A stretch of 64,000 nt of DNA from an uncultured Pseudomonadota bacterium (GTDB taxonomy: Bacteria; Pseudomonadota; Alphaproteobacteria; RF32; CAG-239). This document shows, piece after piece, positions 57,057 through 64,000 of the stretch (positions are counted from its first letter, which is position 1; each line of letters begins with the position of its first letter). The stretch lies in assembly GCA_902799835.1 (NCBI GenBank), contig CADCCF010000005.1, positions 58,813 to 122,812 on the forward strand. The letters run 5' to 3'. The notes under the pieces were generated by a model. The model was not told the origin of the DNA. It was given only the letters and a program-made list of their open reading frames with translations, and did not search any database. A program made the position numbers and the translations under genes.

Positions 57057-59171
57057 ATGAAAGACAATTTACACCAGTTGTGCGAAGCTTTGGGTATCGC
57101 TGCTGATTTTTCTGATGCCGGTTTGCAACGCAAAGAATATTCCGTCAGTGATAAAACTTTGCGCTTTTTTGCATCTGCATTAGGTTATCCTGCCGCAACC
57201 GAAAAGCAAGCCCAAACCTCACTTGCCAAACTAAAAGAAAAGCGTTGGCGTAAAATGTTGGAGCCGATATATGTTTGTCGTCAAGACAATATTGTCATTA
57301 ATGTGGTTTCTCATGATTTATCAAATATTGTAATTACGGCAATTGATGATAAGGGACAGAAAATAAATCTTGAATATTATTATCTGCACGATGTTGAAAA
57401 TTTCGGTATCTTCTACAAAGAAAGTTTACACATTACCACACCGCTTAACATAGGTTATTATAATATCGAAGTCAAAGCCGGTGGACGTAAAGACTGTGCA
57501 GTCTTGGCAGTTGCCCCTTTGTCTTGTCGAACTTTGCCTGATAATCAAAAGCTTTTTGGTTTTGCTATTCAGATATATTCTCTCAAGAGCGACCACGATT
57601 GGGGAGTTGGTGATTTTAGCGACCTAAAGGATTTAATCAAAATTTGTGCTAAGGTCAAAGCTGATGTTATAGGCATAAATCCGATAAATGTTTTGTATCA
57701 CAGCTTTCCCGAAAATGCCAGTCCTTATATGTCAATTTCGCGTACATTTCTAAATCCGATTTATATTGATGTGGAACAGGTTCCCGAATTCAGTGCAGCT
57801 GATAAAAAATCTTCTTCTGCCGAAGCTGAAAAATTGCGTACCATGGAAACCATTGACTACACCAAGGTCTATAATCTCAAAATAAAATATTTGGAAAAAT
57901 GTTTTGCGCGTTTTCAAAAATCAAAAGATAAAAAGCGCCATCAGGAATATCTTGATTTTTGCCGTCAATATAATCCTGATTTGGATAATCTCGGTTTGTT
58001 CCAAGCCATCTACGAAACCGAATTGGCTAAAGGGATTAAATTTAATCAATGGTCAACCGATTATGTTTCACCGGATTGTGAGGAATCAGTAAAATTCCGT
58101 AAAGAACATCAAGAGCGTATTGAATTTTTCAAGTTTTTACAATTTGAAACATTTCGCCAATTTTCTTTAGTGCAAGAACAAATAAAATCGAGTGGTCTTA
58201 AAATTGGATTATATCGTGATCTGGCTGTCGGTGTCGGTCGCGATTCTGCCGAGTTTTGGAGCAATCCGGAATTGTTTATGCGAGATTGCGGCACCGGTGC
58301 TCCACCTGATGCATTTTTTCCCAATGGTCAAAAATGGGGATTAGGCACTTTTCATCCTTTGAAGCTCAAAGAACAAGCCTATCGCCCATTTATAAACATT
58401 CTTCGTTCCAATATGCAGGCCGGAGCTTTACGTATTGATCATGTTATGAGTCTGATGCGGCTTTATGTTATTCCGGATAAGGACGAGAGTGGAACTTATC
58501 TGTATTACAACTTTGATGACATGCTGAATTTGGTCGCTCTGGAAAGTAGCTTGAATAATTGCATAATTGTCGGCGAAAGTATTGGTAATGTTCCGGAAGG
58601 ATTTTTGGATCGCTTGGCTGAAAAGAATATTTATTCTTTGAGCGTTTTGTGGGCTGAGCGTTGGAATATCGGTGCCGGTGATTTTAAACATCCCGAAGCT
58701 TATCCCGATAATGCCTTTACTTCCATCGGCACACACGACATGGCCCCATTGAAAATGTGGTGGTTTGGCTATGATATTGAAACCAATTTTCAAGTCGGTA
58801 TAATTCCGGATGAGCAGGCCAAAGTCGCCGCCTATCACCGTCGCGAAGATGATCGTCGTCGCTTGCTTAAAGTTTTGGATGAAACCGGTGTTTGGCCGAC
58901 TGATAAATATCGTCATGGTGATTATATCTATGGTGAAGGCTATCCGGAAGGGATAGAGGAGGCTTTGGAACGCTTTATGGCGCGTTCAATCTCACCAGTT
59001 TATTTAGCACAATTAGAAGATATTTTGCATGTTATCGTTATGCAAAACTTACCCGGTACTGATAGAGATAAGCACCCCAACTGGCGGCGCAAACTTCCGG
59101 TTAAATTAGAAAAATTGGCTTCCGATATTGCCTTTGTCCGTTGTATTGACGCTATTCACCAAGAACGATAA
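57057..59171 (+). CDS. malQ: 4-alpha-glucanotransferase
   Basis: WGVGDFSDL, SPY, GLYRDLAVG, GAPPDAF..GQKWG, LRIDHVM, NLPGT...NWRRKL. Confidence 0.96.
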   Translation: MKDNLHQLCEALGIAADFSDAGLQRKEYSVSDKTLRFFASALGYPAATEKQAQTSLAKLKEKRWRKMLEPIYVCRQDNIVINVVSHDLSNIVITAIDDKGQKINLEYYYLHDVENFGIFYKESLHITTPLNIGYYNIEVKAGGRKDCAVLAVAPLSCRTLPDNQKLFGFAIQIYSLKSDHDWGVGDFSDLKDLIKICAKVKADVIGINPINVLYHSFPENASPYMSISRTFLNPIYIDVEQVPEFSAADKKSSSAEAEKLRTMETIDYTKVYNLKIKYLEKCFARFQKSKDKKRHQEYLDFCRQYNPDLDNLGLFQAIYETELAKGIKFNQWSTDYVSPDCEESVKFRKEHQERIEFFKFLQFETFRQFSLVQEQIKSSGLKIGLYRDLAVGVGRDSAEFWSNPELFMRDCGTGAPPDAFFPNGQKWGLGTFHPLKLKEQAYRPFINILRSNMQAGALRIDHVMSLMRLYVIPDKDESGTYLYYNFDDMLNLVALESSLNNCIIVGESIGNVPEGFLDRLAEKNIYSLSVLWAERWNIGAGDFKHPEAYPDNAFTSIGTHDMAPLKMWWFGYDIETNFQVGIIPDEQAKVAAYHRREDDRRRLLKVLDETGVWPTDKYRHGDYIYGEGYPEGIEEALERFMARSISPVYLAQLEDILHVIVMQNLPGTDRDKHPNWRRKLPVKLEKLASDIAFVRCIDAIHQER

Positions 59172-59290
59172 ACAATTTTATTGTCAAATCTTGGCCTTTG
59201 CTTTGATGAGCAAAAGTTAGGCCATCTTTGCAGTACTTTTTCGGGATTACCAACAGCAAAGACTGTCTAAAAATAGGAGACTTTTTCATC

Positions 59291-59332
59291 AAAAAAAAAG
59301 CGCCCCAAAGTATTGATGAAAACTTTGGAGCG
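59291..59332. terminator. Terminator hairpin between convergent genes
   Basis: A8-GCGCCCCAAAGT...ACTTTGGAGCGC. Confidence 0.6.
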
Positions 59333-59340
59333 CTCGGGTA

Positions 59341-59700
59341 TTAATTCTTGAGATACATAATTCTGTCATCTCTTAAAAAATGTGCGCAATTTCTATCGTG
59401 ATTGCTTATGAAATCTCGCAAATTTTTTGCAAGATTTTCCGGAATACTGTGTTTACAAGTTTTCGAATGAATCAGTTCATAATAATCCTGCAAATTATCG
59501 ATTTTTATGAACATACCCATTTTTTCCATTTCTTTTATTTGTGACGAAGCGTCATCTATTAAGGTAATGATTTCATCTTTGTTGTCACAACCCCAAGCGA
59601 CAATTTCAACATCATTACCACAATCAGAGATTTTACCAAGAACGGCAAAAGTATTACCTTTGCTCAGTTCAGAGCTTGCGATAAATAATCTATTTAACAT
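59341..59700 (-). CDS. Hypothetical protein
   Basis: Open frame between malQ and transporter; start uncertain (59700 or 59751). Confidence 0.5.
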   Translation of the reverse strand: MLNRLFIASSELSKGNTFAVLGKISDCGNDVEIVAWGCDNKDEIITLIDDASSQIKEMEKMGMFIKIDNLQDYYELIHSKTCKHSIPENLAKNLRDFISNHDRNCAHFLRDDRIMYLKN

Positions 59701-59877
59701 AATTTTTAATATTATAATTTGACAAGGTATATAATATGACAAAAATGACAAAAGTCAAATCATTTTTAAATATATTGATATCAGGCTTGATATTTCATAG
59801 CTATATTTTTGATATGGGCCAAAAATTATCTTGTAATCTTTGTAGAAATAAAATACCCTGATCACAAGAGGATAAAA

Positions 59878-61224
59878 ATGCGTGCGACTTGGGGATCAAA
59901 AATAGGTTTTATTTTAGCCACTGCCGGTTCAGCCATTGGTTTGGGTAATATTTGGCGCTTTCCATATTTGGCTGCTCAAAATGGTGGCGGTGCTTTTTTG
60001 CTGATGTATTTGTTATGCGTCATTTTCTTGGGCTATTTTTTATTGACGGCCAAATTGGCCTTTGGTCATATTGCCAAAACCAATTTTATGGATGGTTTCA
60101 AGGTTGTTAAACCTGATGTTTCGAGTTTATGGGGCAAAATAGGCGGCAGTCTGACTTTGTTTAATATTTTTGCCGTAAGTTCCATATATGTGATTATCAT
60201 CGGGTGGACACTTTCCTATTGTGTTGCAGCAGTAAATAATTTAGTCGGTGCCGCAAAAATAAAAATTGATGAAAATTTATTCACATCTTTAACCTCATCC
60301 TATGGGGAACAACTGTTTTGGATTTTGCTTTGTATGACCATAGCGGGATTAATCCTGATGAAAGGTGTTAAAAGCGGCATAGAAAAAGTATCTCTTTATC
60401 TTATGCCGATTTTATTCTTCTTACTTTTGTTTATGGCCGGATGGATGTTGTTTTCTCCGGGAACAAAAAACGGTTTTATTTATCTGTTTACACCGCGTTG
60501 GGAGGAGTTAGGATTTCTCAAACACCAATTTAATTGGCATCAGTTTTCTCATCTGACATTGTTAGCATTAGGGCAGGCTATCTATTCATTATCTTTGGGG
60601 CTTGGCACTTGCTTTATTTACGGTTCATACTTAAAAGAAGGCAGCGGTATTAAAAAATCAGCATTTTGGATTGTGTTATTAGACACTTGTGTGGCAATAT
60701 TAGCTTCAATGATTGTTATACCGGCAGTATTTGCTTTTGATTTGCAATCCAATCAAGGTCCAGCTTTAAGTTTTATCACATTGCCTTTTGTTTTTGATAA
60801 AATGATCGGCGGATCATTTTTTATGGTTGCTTTTTTTATGCTATTGTTTTTAGGTGCGTTAACCTCGTTGATTTCCATTTATGAACCGGCCATCAATTTA
60901 GTAATGGAAAAATTGCACTTAACCCGCACCAAATCAACATTGACTGTGCTGGGGTTTAATCTTATTTTGGTCTTGATTGTTTTAGCCTCATTTACCCATC
61001 TGCTTGACTTTGGCAAAAATCTGTTTGATTTGGTTGATTATACGACCGGAACTTATACCATGGGTGCAATGATTTTGGTTTATTGTATCTTTATGGGCTG
61101 GAGAATCTCTCCGAGATTGTTGCGCAATTTGCATAATAACAAATTTATTTTTAAGGCCTACTTCCGTTTTGTCTTAAAGTGGTTGACACCAGCGGTATTG
61201 GTCATTTTATTTTTTAGTGCATAA
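59878..61224 (+). CDS. Sodium-dependent transporter (NSS/SNF family)
   Basis: WGSKIGFILATAGSAIGLGNIWRFPY...NGGGAF, GQAIYSLSLG, GPALSFITLP. Confidence 0.95.
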   Translation: MRATWGSKIGFILATAGSAIGLGNIWRFPYLAAQNGGGAFLLMYLLCVIFLGYFLLTAKLAFGHIAKTNFMDGFKVVKPDVSSLWGKIGGSLTLFNIFAVSSIYVIIIGWTLSYCVAAVNNLVGAAKIKIDENLFTSLTSSYGEQLFWILLCMTIAGLILMKGVKSGIEKVSLYLMPILFFLLLFMAGWMLFSPGTKNGFIYLFTPRWEELGFLKHQFNWHQFSHLTLLALGQAIYSLSLGLGTCFIYGSYLKEGSGIKKSAFWIVLLDTCVAILASMIVIPAVFAFDLQSNQGPALSFITLPFVFDKMIGGSFFMVAFFMLLFLGALTSLISIYEPAINLVMEKLHLTRTKSTLTVLGFNLILVLIVLASFTHLLDFGKNLFDLVDYTTGTYTMGAMILVYCIFMGWRISPRLLRNLHNNKFIFKAYFRFVLKWLTPAVLVILFFSA

Positions 61225-61505
61225 AATCAACCATTATCCAATCTCAAAAAATTTTTGTTATTTTTTTAAGTTATTTGAGTTGGGTAAAAAGGTAGGTTTA
61301 AATTGCATATTTGGCACTGCATAATTTTTGACAAATGTTGATTGAAAAACAGATAGTAAAAATTAACGAAATATTAGATAAATTAAAGTATACACGAGGA
61401 TAAAGATTTTTGTTGCGTATTAGACAAAATTATGTTAATATGTACATATAAAGTGTTCAATTTAAACCTGCCTTTTTATACAACAAGTTAACAAGGAGAA
61501 AATTG

Positions 61506-62153
61506 ATGAGTTTAAAAGATAAGATAAATGATATAAGAAATAAAGTCGTTGTAAGTATGTCTAAAGTACAGTCCCAAGGCAACGATGGCACCAGAGAGAT
61601 TATGAATGGTAAAGATAAGTATGTAGTTAGTAAGACCAGTGTTTATGATGAAGAAACCAGGTTCGGTCAAGATGATTATGGGATTATAGATAAAGTATCA
61701 TTTGAAGCTAGCGATAATAGTGGAAATTCAGAAACTCTTTCTATCACAAAACAAAGGCCGAAAGGAGAATGTGATGATGTTAAAAAAAAGGTTATAGTAC
61801 GTATAGGATATAAAAATAGTGCGGAGTTACCTTATGATACTGATATTGATGATATTAACAGTATTCGCTATCAATTAGGCAAAAAAGAAACAGCTAAACA
61901 GCTTGCCTATTTTATTGATAAATTTGTTATAGTTACCCCAAAAGAAAGAGAAGATTATAAAGAATATGCCAAACGGATGGATGAAAAAGAAGCTCTAAAT
62001 CGACGAAATGAAAAACAAGAACGACGCGAACAAGAGAAGGCAGGAAGATTAGCAAAACAACAAGAAAAACAACAAAAAAAACAACACGCGAGAGATGAGG
62101 CCCTAAAGGCTAAAAGACAAGCGAAAATAGTAGAGAAATTTATGGGAAAATGA
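61506..62153 (+). CDS. Hypothetical protein with charged coiled-coil C-terminus
   Basis: AAGGAG RBS; followed by terminator. Confidence 0.7.
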   Translation: MSLKDKINDIRNKVVVSMSKVQSQGNDGTREIMNGKDKYVVSKTSVYDEETRFGQDDYGIIDKVSFEASDNSGNSETLSITKQRPKGECDDVKKKVIVRIGYKNSAELPYDTDIDDINSIRYQLGKKETAKQLAYFIDKFVIVTPKEREDYKEYAKRMDEKEALNRRNEKQERREQEKAGRLAKQQEKQQKKQHARDEALKAKRQAKIVEKFMGK

Positions 62154-62168
62154 TAAATTGTTTCATAT

Positions 62169-62201
62169 AAAAGCTCTTAAGGAAAAAACTTAAGAGCTTT
62201 T
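62169..62201 (+). terminator. Intrinsic terminator
   Basis: AAAAGCTCTTAAG-gaaaaaa-CTTAAGAGCTTTT. Confidence 0.75.
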
Positions 62202-62313
62202 ATATTTTTTATCCTCTGCAATAAATAAAAAAACAATTGATTTTTAATTCAATTGCGTTATACATATCACGGTTAAATCATATGATTGAAAAAGAAATCC
62301 GGAGAATTTAATA

Positions 62314-63471
62314 ATGCAAGTAATTAAGGTTAGTAAGAGAGTAATAGTTAAGAATTTTATCGTAGTTTTTTTGTGCGTGGCTTTAGGTTGGTACATAAAA
62401 TCAAAGCTCACTCCGCAAGGTGCAATGCCCGGTGCCGGTGCTATGGCTGTTCCGCACGTGATTGTTGAACAGACCAAGTTAGAAGATGTTTCTCCGCAAA
62501 AGCAATATATTGCCACTATCGAGCCGATTAAGAGTGTTAATTTGGTACCGCAAGTTTCCGGCTACATTGAGCGTGTGTTATTCCAAGAAGGCTCCATTGT
62601 CAGCCAAGGCGATATTTTGTTCATAATTGAACAGGATAAATATCTTGCCAATGTTGATTTAGCCAAAGCTGCTCTTGCCAGTGCCCAAGCCAATTATGTT
62701 CGTGCTGAACGTGACTACAATCGCCAAAAAGCTTTAAGCACCAAACAATATGCCTCAAAATCAACTCTTGATACCGCTGAGAGTGCTTATTTGCAAGCTA
62801 AAGCCGCCGTTGCTCAGGCCAAAGCCAATTTAGAGTTGGCTCAGATTGACCTTATGCACACCGAAATTCGTGCGCCAATCAGTGGCAAAATCGGTAAAGC
62901 AAATGTTACCGAAGGTAACTTGGTCAGCTCCAATTCCGTTACCTTAGCACGCATTGTGCAAAATTCACCTATTCGGGTTGCTTTTTCCGTGCCGGACAAA
63001 GATCACTTTATGTTGCAAAAAGTTCAGGCTGATAAGTTACGTACCCGCTTAAAATTGCCTGACGGCAGCATTATTAATGACAATGCTACCTCATTTTTTA
63101 TCAATAACGAGGTTAATGCCCAAACTGCTACTTTGTCAGTTTATTTGGAATATGACAATTCTAACAACCAATTGATTGTCGGAAACTATGTTAATGTCAT
63201 AATTTCATCAGCTCAGGAAAAAAAGTTGGTAACTATCTCTCCGGCCGCAGTTATGCAAGATGCCAACGGTGCTTACGTTTTCACGGTTGATAGGACAGGT
63301 AAAGTTACCGAGCAGAGAGTCAAATTGGACGGCACTTTTGAGGGTAAACAAATCGTCTTGGAAGGTCTAAAAGGTGGCGAGCAAGTTATTGTTAACGGCC
63401 TACAAAAAGCCAAAGACGGTGCTCAAGTTCGTGCCAGTTTAGTATCCGAAGATTCCACGGAGGCTAAATAA
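62314..63471 (+). CDS. Efflux RND transporter periplasmic adaptor subunit (AcrA-like)
   Basis: PQVSGYIERVLFQEGSIV, TEIRAPISGKIG, GLKGGEQVIVNG. Confidence 0.93.
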   Translation: MQVIKVSKRVIVKNFIVVFLCVALGWYIKSKLTPQGAMPGAGAMAVPHVIVEQTKLEDVSPQKQYIATIEPIKSVNLVPQVSGYIERVLFQEGSIVSQGDILFIIEQDKYLANVDLAKAALASAQANYVRAERDYNRQKALSTKQYASKSTLDTAESAYLQAKAAVAQAKANLELAQIDLMHTEIRAPISGKIGKANVTEGNLVSSNSVTLARIVQNSPIRVAFSVPDKDHFMLQKVQADKLRTRLKLPDGSIINDNATSFFINNEVNAQTATLSVYLEYDNSNNQLIVGNYVNVIISSAQEKKLVTISPAAVMQDANGAYVFTVDRTGKVTEQRVKLDGTFEGKQIVLEGLKGGEQVIVNGLQKAKDGAQVRASLVSEDSTEAK

Positions 63472-63473
63472 TC

Positions 63474-64000
63474 ATGTTTTCACGCATATTTATTGAGCGT
63501 CCGCGTTTTGCGATTGTCATTTCTATTGTTATGTCAATTGCCGGACTTATTTCGGTTTTTTCACTCCCCATATCACTTTATCCTGAAATTACTCCTCCCG
63601 AGATTGTTGTATCAGCGATGTATCCCGGTGCATCAGCCGAGGTGGTTGCTCGTACTATCGGTATTCCTATTGAAGAACAGATCAATGGTGTTGAAGATAT
63701 GCTTTATATGGATTCTTCCTCCCAAGATTCTTCTTATCAACTGACGGTTACTTTTAAGCCAGGTATAGATTCGGATATGGCTCAGGTAAAAGTACAGAAC
63801 CGTATTCAACAAGCCACATCAAAATTGCCCACCGAAGTTCAACGCCAAGGTGTAACCGTTATGCGCCGTTCATCTAATATTTTGGGCTTTATTTCGGTAT
63901 TTTCCCCCGACAACAGTTATGACACCGGCATGCTTAGTGATTATGTGCAAAACAATATGAAAAACGCACTTTCGCGTGTTAATGGCGTCGGTGAGGTTAA
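63474..64000 (+). CDS. Efflux RND transporter permease (AcrB-like), 5' part
   Basis: MFSRIFIERPRFAIVISIV...LPISLYPEITPP...YPGASAEVV...PIEEQINGVEDMLYM; runs off window. Confidence 0.93.
   Translation, partial: MFSRIFIERPRFAIVISIVMSIAGLISVFSLPISLYPEITPPEIVVSAMYPGASAEVVARTIGIPIEEQINGVEDMLYMDSSSQDSSYQLTVTFKPGIDSDMAQVKVQNRIQQATSKLPTEVQRQGVTVMRRSSNILGFISVFSPDNSYDTGMLSDYVQNNMKNALSRVNGVGEV

Noticed and set aside
52764-59171. glgB-glgX-malQ without glgC/glgA/glgP
   Set aside because: Split glycogen clusters are common; other genes may lie outside the window
708-63744. Numerous 60-180 aa ORFs antisense or out-of-frame within long genes
   Set aside because: Shadow ORFs without RBS or family motifs

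Overview
AT-rich bacterial chromosome segment, most consistent with an (anaerobic, probably gut) alphaproteobacterium, judging by nuoL-M-N-birA-rnj synteny, the GRSMVEMLGVLAIIGVL-type pilin and a rubredoxin. Core genes are rplM-rpsI, a degenerate nuoLMN-birA-rnj cluster, a PhoR-like kinase, mutS, slyX, MATE, glgB-glgX-malQ, a Na+-dependent transporter and two RND efflux loci. Positions 1628-28336 are a ~26.6 kb integrative element inserted in the 3' end of rpsI, bounded by a ~91 bp att repeat. It carries a tyrosine integrase, a wHTH Rep-like gene beside an iteron/AT-rich origin, an Mpi-like serine invertase and a second small tyrosine recombinase. Its defence cluster comprises a RosmerTA-like pair, SLOG, a DpnII RM system, a TM+DGQHR pair, an Mrr-like nuclease and DUF4238, alongside ankyrin/MORN/PLD cargo. 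Two internal cargo blocks are flanked by palindromic direct repeats. The least explained signal is a family of three ~150-180 bp structured non-coding elements behind tRNA-Lys and tRNA-Pro. Each carries an inverted copy of its own tRNA's T-arm, and one is bounded by a tRNA 3'-end duplication. A 4.3 kb serine-recombinase-type relic carrying a 1284-aa HEAT-like/GNAT gene has inserted into that duplicated tRNA end. All calls are by eye and from recalled family motifs; no searches were run.
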